From positions 383,660 through 447,659 of the forward strand of contig JAQGDQ010000102.1 in NCBI GenBank assembly GCA_030141605.1: a stretch of 64,000 nucleotides of DNA. Direction: 5' to 3'. The translations under genes and the position numbers were made by a program. Within the stretch, counting starts at the first letter, position 1, and each line of letters opens with the position of its first letter. Under the pieces are notes generated by a model that was not told where the DNA came from, ran no database searches, and was given only the letters and a program-made list of their open reading frames with translations. Shown here piece by piece: positions 1 to 12,500 of the stretch. The DNA is from Tubiluchus corallicola. Its lineage: Eukaryota; Animalia; Priapulida.

Positions 1-362
1 AGAGATCTGCTTCCCAAATCAGTTGCATCAAAATAACATATTTTTTTCAGTGCCACTTTTACCGTGCCATTTTTTTCCTGTTTCATTTTTACCTACTTTT
101 CCATCTGTGCCATTTTTACCTTGCACCATTTTGCACGTTTTCATCTTCTCGGTTGGTGCTGACTGTAGAACAATAATTATTCCAGACATTTTGCAGCTGT
201 GCTGCGTTTCTAGGTTAAGTATCAAAATTTCTCTTCCTCAAATCCTAGTTCAAAAGTTTTCAGCCGATGTTTACTAATCGCCGCTTGATATAATGTATTT
301 AACTTTGATATTTGCCGACAGTTCATTTTAGAATAAATATACCGGGCGCGTTTGCTTGGTAC

Positions 363-864
363 AATTCTGGCTAGGAAAAGTCACTACTTTTTTCGGCTAC
401 GGTTAGGGTTAGGGTTATTTCTTTTTTCCTGTGACTTTTTTACCTTTATTTAGGGTCACTTATGTAAGGAGTGTAACCCGTGTGCTTTCTGCGTCGGTTA
501 AATAACTGACACATTGATGACATTCGTTCATTTTACAAAACCTAAGTGTTGTTTATTCAGTTTTGTTTTAATATATTGTAAAAATGTTATTTTCGTGTCG
601 TGGCATAAATGAGTTAAGTTTATGAATGATTGCAGACGATTTAGACAATGCAAGTACATATAGGTACTAAAATCGTTATAAACTTTAACAATTGTTTTGA
701 GTTCTAGTTGTAATAGATAAGGTTTGGTGGATACTTCCAATCCATGTAAAAAAGTTAGAGGTAAAAATAATCCTAACACTAACGCTAACCCTAACATCAA
801 CCTTGACCCTTACCCTAGCCAAAATTAATTGTCTTTCCTGTGATTATTTTTCCTAGCCAGAATT
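363..864. mobile_element. MITE/foldback-like element with 17-bp terminal inverted repeats and subterminal telomere-like TTAGGG tracts
   Basis: AATTCTGGCTAGGAAAA (363-379) is the exact reverse complement of TTTTCCTAGCCAGAATT (848-864); GGTTAGGGTTAGGGTT at ~401-416 and degenerate CCCTAA repeats at ~770-820; no coding capacity. Confidence 0.7.
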
Positions 865-1868
865 AATTGTATCTTTCTTTCCGTGACTTTTTTGCTGTAT
901 CTTTATTATCGGTCACCGTTAGTTCATAGCACTGGCATGATGTTTTGACTACCATATGTATACCTACGTGTTCTTGGCCAATCAATCCTACATGTGTGCC
1001 AGTGTGTGCCGGTTCAACTTTCCACATTTTATAATAATACTGCTTTCTTAAAGGAAGCGACAATTATAAGTCACTTAGCATGCTGATTTTACTATCGCTT
1101 AAATTTAGAAAAATATAATAAAGAAATTTGAAAGAAACTGTCTATATAGCATAAACTTAATTTATACTACCGCTGTAAAAAACAGTTTCATGCGCGGTGA
1201 TAGCCGTGATTCACGTAAAAATTAGGGCAGAACTGGTGGACGTCGTGACTTTTCGTAAGCGCATCGTGGCTTTCCGTAACCGAGCCCTGCTTAAACTAAT
1301 TCAAACTTCTGCAGCTTCCCTAATGTTCGTGCAAAAATGACACAAAATTGGCTGTGTAATTTTTTGTAAACATTTATTATGCCTTTTGACAATGCGCTGC
1401 TTTTCTTCAGTCAACGAGCCGAGTGTCCTTTATAAAAAAAACTCAAGTTTTTTGAAGTGCACATTGGCAGAGGAACAACCCTGCTTTTAGTAACTGGTAC
1501 AGGCTACTGTAAGCACTTCGGAGGAGGTCCCTGTGTTTAAAAAAGGAACGATAATGTTATGAGTTGGAGTTGGTTACAAAATTACATTGAACAAACGGAG
1601 ATGCATTTACGATATCATTCCTTTTTTATTATCCGTGAATGAAAAACAACAGAAATGAGACATCAGAAATTTCCACCTCTTTAACAACTAACTAACTAGG
1701 TCAAGATGAAGTTACACAATTCAGGTGAGGAGCCAGCCTGGCCCTTAAATTAGAATCGGCAGGCGGGTCATAACAACAGTGCGAAAGCCCAGATTTATTC
1801 TACTTGGAATCAACTGTTCCCAGTATTCATCATGCAGTGCTTTACTTGCTTAATCGAAAGCAATCCTT

Positions 1869-2133
1869 AATAATAATAATAATAATAATAATCTATATTT
1901 AAAGTCGGCTTTTGGGTCAACAATTAACATTAGCTCAAAGAGCTATTATCGCCGACTGTAAATAACAACCTACAACTACATAACAGAGACTATTATTACC
2001 CCACTTTTACCCTAAATACCACGCGTCAGGCAGGGCAACTGCAGGTACCATTTTTAAAGTCTTTGGTATGACCCGGCCGCTGGTTCGAGCTCACGACCTC
2101 CCAGACGGAAAGCAGACGTATTACCACTAGACT
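1869..2133 (-). mobile_element. tRNA-derived SINE with V-SINE-like core and (ATT)n tail
   Basis: Minus strand: A-box-like TAGTCTAGTGG, B-box-like GAGCTCGAACC, then GGGTCATACCAAAGACTTTAAAAATGGTACC (resembles the V-SINE core as I recall it), ending in (ATT)n; 7-bp direct repeat AATCCTT at 1862-1868 and 2134-2140 (TSD). Confidence 0.8.
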
Positions 2134-2433
2134 AATCCTTGAAGCAACAAACATAGCTTCCTGCCTGACATTTCCTCAATTCATATACAACATCCGGAGC
2201 ACCTAATTCCCAAGTGTCATATTCAGTGAAAAATGCACTCACTTTACCTGTCACTCATGTTTCGCATGTCGAAGGCCCAAGATACTAGTTTTTTTGGAAA
2301 CTGTTATACATGCTTATTTACATTTAGTTTTTCTTTTTTGTTTGGTTCTAACATGATATTATAGCATGTTTTGTTTTCATAAGAGAATTTTTGTTATGAC
2401 TAACTGCATGATTGTGTGCATGGTTGTATTTAG

Positions 2434-2523
2434 GTTCGTTTGTATGATCTTCTGCCTGGCACGGAACTGGTTCCTACTAACCCGCATACACTGAGGCCAC
2501 AGACAATGAAATCACCAGTTCAG
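2434..2523 (+). CDS. A1CF: A1CF/RBM46/RBM47-family RNA-binding protein, internal exon (first visible in the window)
   Basis: AG...GT-bounded 90-nt exon encoding VRLYDLLPGTELVPTNPHTLRPQTMKSPVQ, similar to the A1CF segment LYDILPGMELTPMNPVTLKPQ just before the dsRBD-like domain; phase 0 joins the next exon. RRM exons lie upstream of the window. Confidence 0.85.
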
Positions 2524-4594
2524 GTTTGTGGTTTTTCTTTAACATCAATCACTTGCTTGGAAAAAGATTGATTTCTTCACAGTTTTTCTTAGTTCTCGCT
2601 CCATTTCATCTTTCATTCACTACCCCCCCCCACATTTATGTATATAATATCATTATTTCAATTATTAATCATTTCTTTAAGATTTCCACGTACAGTTTGG
2701 CCTGTCAAGCTATGCTTTTAGGCTCAAACTGTATGCATCAAAATTATTCTGTAATGTAATTTGCACATGTATATGCTGCATAAGAATCTCTGTTGTAATT
2801 TCTGGATTATATTGCATTTATATTTATATTTACTTCAGTGAAATTATCTGTATTTTTATTATAACTGTAAGATGCAGTGTGGAAATAAATAAACTTAAAC
2901 TTAAGAAATCTTAGAAGATGTAGTTTTCTAAATGTAAATTATTTTATTAGTGATAAAGTTGTTAATAAAGATTAACAGCTCATTAATTCTTTCGATGTGG
3001 ACTGTTAAGGGCTGAATAGGGGTGTTCAGGATTGGGGGCGATGTATGATTGTTATTGCTACTTTTTTGAATGTCTTGTAAATAGTTTAAAGCAAATGCAT
3101 GACTAGCTTTTCACCGCACATACGTGGAGAGTGTGCATGCATACACTCGAGTGCATCTGTGACTGTGACGCTTCTGGTGGAATGCACTTTGCCAATAAGA
3201 TTTGGAGAATTTACGAAAAACATTTTGTGTTGTTCTTATCTCACGGAACTGCTACTAATATCCTAATCTAAATATCGCCCAAACATACGTATAATATATA
3301 GGCAGTGGGCCCTGATATGCATGGTTATTCTTTTTTCTTCATAGCAAGAATATTACTGTTAGGTTAACTTTACACTTTATTTATCATAGCGAAGTATATG
3401 CAGGCTATAAGTGCAAGACTTGATTATCTAAACAGGAAGGAAATGAGAAATGTACGTATTGCTACTACAAGACTGCAAATGTTTTGTTATTGACAGCATC
3501 ACAGGGTAACTAATGCATTTGTAGTTCTGGCAAACTCTCAGACTGTGTGTCTAGACAACTTTTTTTCACCAGGATTTTATTAAGTGATAGGTTGGAGCTA
3601 AAATTACAGAATTTGACTGTCATTTTCTTATCTGTATTTATTCACACTTGTATTTACTGAAAACTGTTTAATTAGTACGTAAAAAATGTATAATAATATT
3701 TCTTATATACTATATCATATATTAATATTTATATTACATATGTGTTTATTAAAACTTAGTAATTGTTCTCATATGCTCAGCCATTATTGAGTGAAATGAA
3801 TTTTAATGTATGCATCATTTATGTAAATAGTTTTTGTTTTTAATTAATCTTCTCTTTTAATCCTTCTATGCAACTGATTTTATCTTATCTTTTTCTATCC
3901 GTATGTATTTTATGACTATGTCTGCGAGCCGAAATAAAAGATCAAATTTGTTGTTCAGGGTCTGGAACTTCGATCCCGTACCCCAATCCAGACTACTTGA
4001 TCCTGAAACTCAGTTACCATCTGAAACCCTGACCCTGAACAGCCTAGGGTTGATTCATCCCAGCAGACACAATTGCATTTTCACTGCATCTCAAAATGGT
4101 TTTCAAAAACTGTTTTCAGTACACAGGCTTTGAACTATTTTAAAATGAATAGTGAGGTGATGATATGGCTTGTGAAGACTTCTGTTTGCTATTTTAAAGC
4201 GACGACATGCATTTTGTAACGGTAACACAACAAAAAACAACAGCATATCTTATAATATTTTGTAAGTTACTTACCTGTTATAGCATTTAAAAGATATTTT
4301 TATATATATTTCTGAGCCTCAAAAACACAGTGTTTTTGATACTCTTTTAAAATGTTGTGAAAATGATGTATTTATTAGGAGTCTTGCATGTAACTTTGCA
4401 CATCTTGAATAACTTTTGGCAAGGTTTACTAATTTTTTATTAATTATTAACTTACTAATTAATTTACTAATTAGTAATTAATTTTGTCTTATTACACCTG
4501 GAACCAGACACCCGAAATAAAATTAAATTCTAACAAATTCTAAAAACATGGAAATTTGATCAACACCAAGTGTAGTGTTTTAATTATATGTATG

Positions 4595-5257
4595 TAGGGA
4601 TGTTACCAATAACGATACCTAATGTCGATTATCCTGTCAATAATTATTGATTATCGCATCGATGGCGATAAAAATCATTTTATTGTTATTATTCTCTGAA
4701 AATCGTTTCGAAATTGGCTCGTATTGTTGCTTGTCCCTCACGATTTCTCTTTGCTTTTTTCATTTATGCACTGGAGTTGTGCAAAAAATTAAAAAAAGAA
4801 TTATTTGCAAGATTGTTCAAGTAATTTTCTTTTACTTTCTTCCGGCAGTAGTCTCTGTCCTCAATCGGGTTAGTGACGTGCAAATCCCCTGTGCAGTATC
4901 TTTTAGAGGCATTTTCCCAGTTATGTGAAGGCAGTACAACACACTTCAATAAATGTATTATGTAGTAATAGATCTCTGTAATGTATTTATCAGTTGCAGC
5001 TCATACATTAATATAATTTTATGACTAAACAAGGAAGAGAACTTTGTCATAAAGTTACGTGTATCTGTACATTAATTGAGAAACAACCTTCAAAAATCAG
5101 TATTGCAATACACTGAGGCATCGTTTAGTATCGTTTATATCGTTCGAAATAATTATCGCCTCGTATCGTATCAACTGAAAAACAGATTATCGATATTGTA
5201 TCATTGGAAAGTGTATCATATCATATTGTTATATCTATGTACCGTTTAACATCTCTA
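4595..5257. mobile_element. Degenerate MITE (TAGGGATGTTA...TAACATCTCTA termini) rich in ATCG motifs
   Basis: Imperfect inverted termini and many subterminal (T)ATCG(A/T) repeats; no clear TSD. Confidence 0.45.
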
Positions 5258-5664
5258 GGTTTAATATATGTATGTTATTTCTTATATCTATCTTCTTGGA
5301 CAAATGCATGGCATTAACTTTTCGCTGGCTTGCATAATTTTAATTTATCACTTTTGCCATTGTCCATACAGAGCAGTGTTTCTCAAGTTAGACAAGTGCA
5401 TGAAAGAATTTCCCATAATACAAGTAACGAAAGTAACACTCTCTTTATAATTTAGCCGGCCAATGCTACTAAGTGAGTCTTCTTCGCAGTTCGTCTAAGT
5501 TCTTAGACAGTCGTTTTAGGGTGCGCGACCTAATTGAGACTTCTCCACCGTGGGCCTAAATTTTTAGGCAGTCGTGTTAGCGTGTGTGATTAAAAATTCA
5601 GACTTCCCGACAGTGGGTCTCATTGCTGTGGCGTTCATTTTAACAACTCTTTTTTGTCTTGTAG

Positions 5665-5772
5665 GTGCTGGATGAATTCTGTCAGAAGAACAACTGGGGC
5701 GTACCTCAGTTTCATCTGTTTTCCACGAACCAACCATCAGCTGCGGGTGACAGCCTGCTATTTGTCTTCAAG
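5665..5772 (+). CDS. A1CF: A1CF-family exon, N-terminal part of the dsRBD-like domain
   Basis: 108-nt exon VLDEFCQKNNWGVPQFHLFSTNQPSAAGDSLLFVFK; CQKNNWG.P motif is characteristic of A1CF/RBM46/47; polypyrimidine tract + AG acceptor and GT donor. Confidence 0.9.
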
Positions 5773-5779
5773 GTACCGT

Positions 5780-6050
5780 ATTTTTTATTTACCCACTCGG
5801 GCTCTGTGCTCTAAAACACTTAAAAACAGGGCCGACTCAAAGGGTTGTGTGACATGACCGGAGCTGGATTCATAATCAAGGATGTCACTATAAGATGAGC
5901 CACTGAACCAGTAGAGGTATCACTTTCCTGTTCGGATGTGTGCACATACTCTCTCTACGACATAAACGGTCTTGGTTTGCATGACACCGTCCAGAGCGGG
6001 TATTGAACCCATGTTGCCCAGGGAATGCTGACCCTAGGCCACTGATCTCT
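5780..6050 (-). mobile_element. tRNA-derived SINE remnant
   Basis: Minus strand head with TGGCCTAGGG (A-box-like) and GGTTCAATACC (B-box-like); A-rich tail TAAATAAAAAA ends ~8 nt from the exon donor. Confidence 0.55.
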
Positions 6051-6258
6051 CCACTCTGTAAATTTTGGTGCGTATTGAGTAATACTGTCTTTAATAATTC
6101 TGCATAAGACTGTTGGACCATCTCTAATAATTCAAGAAAACCTTGCCTTGAAATTTTATTAATTGCAAAGGAAGTTTATTTGGTTACTACTAACTGTGTA
6201 CAGAAAAATAGTTATTTGATACATTTTTTGAGCAGCAAACCCTTTTTGTACGTCACAG

Positions 6259-6379
6259 GTTATTGTGCCAGGTTTCTCGCTACAGCCGTTCATGCCTACC
6301 AAACTGTGCAAAACTGTGGAAGAGGCAAAGACATATGCATCGGAGTTTGTTCTTAATCAGCTGGGACTCAATGTAGAAG
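6259..6379 (+). CDS. A1CF: A1CF-family exon, C-terminal part of the dsRBD-like domain
   Basis: 121-nt exon VIVPGFSLQPFMPTKLCKTVEEAKTYASEFVLNQLGLNVE(G), similar to A1CF PFTPPKL...EAKTYAAEYTLQTLG; ends in phase 1. Confidence 0.9.
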
Positions 6380-6589
6380 GTGCATTTTGCATTTTTATAT
6401 CTATATATTGCAAAGTAATCAAGTTCGGTTTATCAAGTAATCAGTAATGATTTATTCCATCATCAAAGCGTGTAAAACTGATACGGAAGATTTTATGAAG
6501 GTAACTGAGAGTTGTACAAATTTAACAAATTACAAAAATTGCAGAAGTAGTTGAAGATCTCTAACTCACCCAGGTAATTCACAAGCATG

Positions 6590-7057
6590 TTCAGACTAGA
6601 GAGCAAAACTCGATGTGAGTTGCTTTCCCACAGTTAGTGTGAGTGACATTCCCTTCTCTATTCACTGTGAGAAGTGTCGAAAGTTACTCAGCAAGGCATT
6701 CATACGAGACAGTAACACAGCTGTCGCAGCAAGTTACTGTCCGTGAGTTTGCAATAACTTGCTAACAGTAACTCGTTAAACAGTTCACATTGTGAGTTTG
6801 AGGCATTCACACGCGACAGTAACACAGCTGTCGCAGCAAGTTACTGTCCGTAAGTTTGCAATAACTTGCTAACAGTAACTTGTAAAACAGTTCACATTGT
6901 AAGTTTGAAGCATTCACACGAGACAGTAACACAGCTGTCGCAGCAAGTTACTGTCCGTGAGTTTGCAATAACTTGCTAACAGTAACTCGTAAAACAGTTC
7001 ACATTGTGAGTTTGCTGTCTGAGAGAAAACTCGCGACAGAAAACTCGCTAGACTGAA
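6590..7057. mobile_element. MITE containing three tandem 107-bp internally palindromic units
   Basis: Imperfect TIR TTCAGACTAGAGAG / CTCGCTAGACTGAA (12/14); units start at ~6695, 6802 and 6909; each has ACAGTAAC...GTTACTGT inverted arms. Confidence 0.7.
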
Positions 7058-7107
7058 TTCGTCATAAGACTCAACCATTTAATGTTGTTCATAAAATTTT
7101 TCTTCAG

Positions 7108-7478
7108 GTCAAAATACGACATCCGTTGTCGAAAGTGATGATTTTAATCGCCTGCCCGATGATTTCTCGTTGGGTGGGCTGCCCTCTCAGCTGAGTAATC
7201 TTGCTTTGTCGTCTCCAATGGGTGGGCCACCTCCGCCTGCAATGCCGCCGAAGCTTTCCGCTTTCCATTCCACGCCGAATCCTTCCGCCACTGCAACTTC
7301 CTCCACTCATCTGCCTGTGAATTCCGGACATAGTTTGAGCTCGATGCTGAGCCAGTTGAACATACCTATGGCAATGTCGTCTGCCTCCCCGTACCAGAAT
7401 CAACCACCACCGCTTCCCGTAAACTCCTCGTTCCAGCAACACGAATCGAATACCTACTTTAGACACCTGACTTCCTAA
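7108..7478 (+). CDS. A1CF: A1CF-family terminal exon, Pro/Ser-rich low-complexity tail
   Basis: TTTTTCTTCAG acceptor; phase matches the previous exon; open frame GQNTTSVVESDD...RHLTS* ending at TAA 7476-7478; higher GC than flanks. Confidence 0.75.
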
Positions 7479-9268
7479 GAATTCCTTTTCAGACGTAAGA
7501 TTACTTTGTTCGTAATTTCTGCATGAAACTGTTTGTTAACGGTGTTTACACCATAGCATGAAAATGTTTGTATTTTTAGCAAGTACTAGTGAACTTTAAA
7601 AAATGCAGTAAGTATAAATTAAAAAAGAATTTTTAATAACTGTAGGGTTTCAGAATGTATCATGGCAGTAACAGTTTATTAATGCTGTTAAACGATAATT
7701 ATCGATACAGAAAATAGCCTATAGTATCATTACTACAACAAAAGATCATTATCGTATCAGTACCAAGACGTATGGCAGATGCATGTAAATCTGTGCTACA
7801 CCTAATTATGAAAAGGAATTGCTAAATTCCCACAACCCAGACAGAAATTAATTATGCAATAAAGTTAGTCTCTGATTCGAGACATAGTTATCACTCATGT
7901 CAAGTCGATTTTCTCGAAAAATGTATCAGTCTTTATCAAATTTAGAAATGCATCTTATCGTGTCGATCAACAACAGTACAATGTATTGTATTTTTGAACT
8001 GCACAACTCTATGAACTATCACCAGTTTTGTTCGTGCACCAACTGTTTGTGATGTACTATGTAGTTGAATAGTTTGGCTTTTTGGATATTTTTCTCTAGC
8101 TGATACTGCTACATTCTGAAATTCTCTTATCTGGTATTTTTTCTTAAGTTCATTTATTTATTTTTTGTATAGCATAAATATCTATATAATTATGAATATT
8201 TGGCAACATTAACATGTATTTATGTTGTAAAGGTTTAACAACATTAACAAGTATTTCTGTTGTAATTGTTTGGCAATATTAATGTGTATTTGTTTACTTA
8301 TTTTTCAGTTCATCCAGAATTGTATAATTTCTACAATGATACCCAGGAGCAAGTCTACCAGCAGCCACAATTTTCTTAGAGTTCAGTTTTTATAATTTTC
8401 AATTTGCGCAGTTTTTGTTTTTTCTTCAGTTTACAGTGAGCCACTACACTTTCCGTCGGCATTTATGCTGTTTAAACAACTGTGTCAGAGGAAACTGTGA
8501 GTTATTAATTGACTGTTTCCAAATTGTGATCCGTTTTTGTCCAAGGATTTATTGTCAAAGTTATTTTTGGCATTTTTTCGTTTAATTCAAATTATGTTTT
8601 ACCATTTTTACGTCATTCGTATGCCACGCGGGTTGTAGTATTTGGGTACGAGCCCGCGTAGATGCCTTATTGACCTCGTAACTGATATTGGTATCGGTGA
8701 GCATTTTTTCATGTGGAGCTTGTAAGATTGAAGGTAAGGTTGCAGTCAGTTCAAAGTCCCACTTTGCTGAGCATACTGTTGATTTCGACGTCTGGTTGAT
8801 GATAACGAGTCTGGTAAGCGCAGGGCTTGGCATCTGTTTTGTTGACATTGAGGGCTGTACTGTTTAGATGAAGTGGCTTTTTTATAAGGCTAATCAAACA
8901 GTTTGAGAACTTGTGCCGATTTAAGCATCATGTAGTAATATCGTCTTTTGCTCTACTTTTTTGCTTTGTACGAAAATAGCTCTAGTGTCACTGCCATGAA
9001 TATGGAATTTTTAGGACTAAAATACTTTTTTGCACAATCAGAGATGTTCGTCAACTTGACATGTACTTGGGCTCATTTTTAGGAAGATAAAATGAGCATG
9101 AGTATAAGCTTTCATTTTCACAGAAGTGATTCGGAAAACTTTGAAATGAGCAAAAAATTCTACATTTGTAGTTCATAATTAAAAGTACAAGTAAAAACAA
9201 AAATTTTATGAAGTCTCCTAACCCTGTTCATTGTGTAACAGTAGCAGCTTGGTGTACATAATTCTATA

Positions 9269-9570
9269 AGATATTTTAGCCAAAAAATAGTACCTTTGAA
9301 AGATAATTTAGTAAAAGAAGTAACGCCTTTGTAAAATATTTTAGCCCAAAAAAGTAGTACCTTTGAAAGTATTTTAGCCAAAAAAATAGTGTCTTTGAAA
9401 GATACTTTAACAAAAAAAGTAGTACCTTCGAAAGTATTTTTGCCAAAAAAGTTGTACCTTTAAAAGTTATTTTAGCCAAAAAAGTAGTACCTTTGAAAGA
9501 TATTTTATCCGTAAAAATTAGTGCCTTTGAAAGATTTTTAGCTAAGTAACTAGTGCCTTTGAAAGATTTA
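9269..9570. repeat. Minisatellite, ~9 copies of a 32-35-bp unit (AGATATTTTAGCCAAAAAAGTAGTACCTTTGAA)
   Basis: Degenerate head-to-tail copies with no unique spacers. Confidence 0.9.
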
Positions 9571-12500
9571 AGTCGCTCTGGTGCCAAATACTGATATAAA
9601 AATATTTATCATTTATATAGATAGCCTTATGCATGTGCCTAATTAAAATTGAAACCAAAGACTAACCAATTATGGACATTTGTGATAAGTTTGAAAATTC
9701 CAATACCACTATATAAACGAGTTATAAAATTGTTAGTAATCGCATTTTAATGAGTTGCTTTTAAAATTCCCGAAAAATTCTTATCGTATTTTAACTATTT
9801 TTGCGTTGCGTAATTACCAATTAGATTTTAATGTATGCGTTTGACAATTTCATATTAATTATTACCTTTTATGCTCTGTGGTTGTGTTTAATTAGATATA
9901 CATAATTATATATTAAGAATATTGTTCTGAGTCCGTGTATTGAAAGCACATTTTTAAATGTCCAGAGCTTTTCAGTAAAACCTTGTTATCGTCATGATGC
10001 TTCCATAATTTTTTTCCTTACTTTGGTGTCAATTTACTTATGAGCCAATATTATTTGCTTTAAGTACACATTAAAGTACCATGCAAAACAAGGCAAGTAC
10101 ACATTTAACGCCAGCATGCAGTGAGACACTTGTAAGTGAAACAAAATTTCAAGACAAATTTTTAAGCTTTATTTATGAAAATTGTTTTCTTTTGCTTTAA
10201 ATTTTAGACTTAAAGTAATTTAAGCACTTCTTCCTGTTTGCGTATGCAGCTCCCTCGTGATGATACAATCCCTTGCTGGAAAGCTTTGAATATTTAATAA
10301 AGCTTTATCTATATTTAAGTGTATTAATAGTTGTTTTAATTAATTAGAGATTTAGAATGTGTTATTATAGTCAGATATGCCTACAGACTTAAACCTGTGA
10401 ACATATTTACACTTATTCTTTTGCCCACCTAAAGATTAGTTATCTCTGCTGATAGTATGACCTAATTTCAACTGTGAATATGATCATATGACAAGGTTAA
10501 TATCCACTTGATAGATGCATTTCCTTGACTTTTTTGCTGTTTGAACATTTTCAGTTTTAAACGGTGATATATCATGTAAATTTATCAGTTCATCAACAGT
10601 AGTATGTTAGTGTTCATCACCGTTGTTGTAAGCTTTAATTTCCCGATGTGTTATCGTATAACTTTGATAACTTCACTTTCTTGTGACAGTATTACTTCAA
10701 CCCCTCTCTCTTAAATGTGTTGATTTTCGTTTTGCCACTTGACTCAAATTATTGCAGTAGAAAATCTGTCTCTTTTCAAGAAGCAGCTTTGGTATCAACA
10801 GCGTTGCTGTCAGGTGTTTAAAATAGCAATTTATCATTATTTTCTTATTTTTAGTGCCAAATTTTACTTCCACAGTTAATAATATGAAAGAGCTAAAACA
10901 TTAGCGGAAATTTCCTCAATTTTGACCAAACATTTTCACCTGTAATTTTTGATTTAGTAAAATTCTCTAAAGCGAATTCTCTAAACTTTCTGTGCTGTGA
11001 TGTGCTATAAACATTCCTTGTGTTCTTAATTTTTTAATGTTATTTGTGCGTACTTATACGCACTGAGGGTTATTCTGCCTGTAATACATTTATTCACCAA
11101 AAAATTAGTATGAATACTTATGTACAGTCGGAATACCAAAAAACCCCGTGCATACAGGTACACCGAAGTGTGATAAGCAATGATGTATTATATTTTTAAC
11201 AACATCTATTTTTGAAACAATAATACATATGTGCCGTCCTCGTATTTGTAAGTACTGAGCGAAAATATAGCTGTAGGAAACTAACTGGTTCAATGTGAAA
11301 TCATTTACCACAAAATTTCAGATGGTTCCTTAAATATCACAAAATTTTTAAGTCCTTAAATTTCAACTGTGGAATTTCTAGCTGGGAAAAATTGCCGCGT
11401 ATTATGGCGATGTGATTTAGATTTCAGAATAACATAATATAAGTTTAATGTTCTTGTTTAGCAAGTTCTTATTTTTGCAGAACGTTTTTATGGAGTCATA
11501 GTGTTCCTACTATTTTTGATACTCATTCAGAACTCTCTTATTTTTCACTTTGCTTAACGGTGTCTTGCCTCAGTATTTATAGATATCCAGTCTGAAAGGT
11601 GACTGTAAAATACGAGAAACTTAAGCCGTATCAATGGGTCTGTAACTGTGCGCCGCAGTATAAATACAAACCGTGCGGCACTCGGCATGAAGATCATTGC
11701 GAGTTGTCGCACGTTAAACGTTCGACTCTCCTTGCAAATTTCTTCCTAATGAAAATCTTGAATTCGTCCGAGTTTTGAAATAATCGGAAATCTGGATCTC
11801 TAGTCAAAGATTTTCCAGAAGAAAATCCGCTAAAATCAAGGGAATTTACTCGTGTTTTCATTTGCGAATGGTTTAATCAGTGAAGAACGTTGATGCTGGC
11901 ATTAAAATGCATGATAGATTTGCTGAAATTTTTTTAAAAATTGTGAAGAAATTCCTAGAAATTCATATTGATTCGTAGTTAGTATTTCTGTGAATATCTA
12001 ATCCGTGTCGCTGGTATGTTTAAAAACTTTCTAAAGTTTCGTAGTGATTGTCCGTACTTCATGTTTTATTCCAAAATGGTTAGATTTTTTCCACATGGCC
12101 TTAGAGGCGAACTCACGTGCACACCATTGTAACATTCGCATGGCTTTGGCGAAATGCATTTATGTCCCACTGGTCACACTTACATGTTTTATAGGTAGAC
12201 TCACTATAACAATATAAATGTTACGATGTCGTGCATGTGTGTATGACTTGCGAGACTTTGTGAATTCGTGGAGACATATTATTTGTAAAAATCGTTAGGG
12301 TGAACGCAGTATAAGAACTACAGAATTTGCTCGATGGGCTATTTCGAAGTTGATATATTGCTTAAGTTTTAGAATTCTAGTGATATTTTATTTTTGTTTC
12401 TATGCTTGCGGTTATGTGCTATTTTAGTTCAGTTAGTTTTGTGGCATGTTTTGCAAACAAAGTTGGTTCAGTTTTTTGTCATATTTTATAGTTTAACATA

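Noticed and set aside
770-820. CTAACCCTAAC as telomerase RNA template or true telomere
   Set aside because: Short, degenerate and inside a TIR-bounded element.
7104-7466. 120-aa antisense ORF (also 26897-27241 and 39088-39579)
   Set aside because: Shadow frames opposite real coding exons, no recognisable protein features.
9269-9570. ~33-bp periodic array resembling a CRISPR, with repetitive minus-strand ORFs
   Set aside because: Units are contiguous and degenerate with no unique spacers and no cas genes; eukaryotic minisatellite, ORFs are artefacts.
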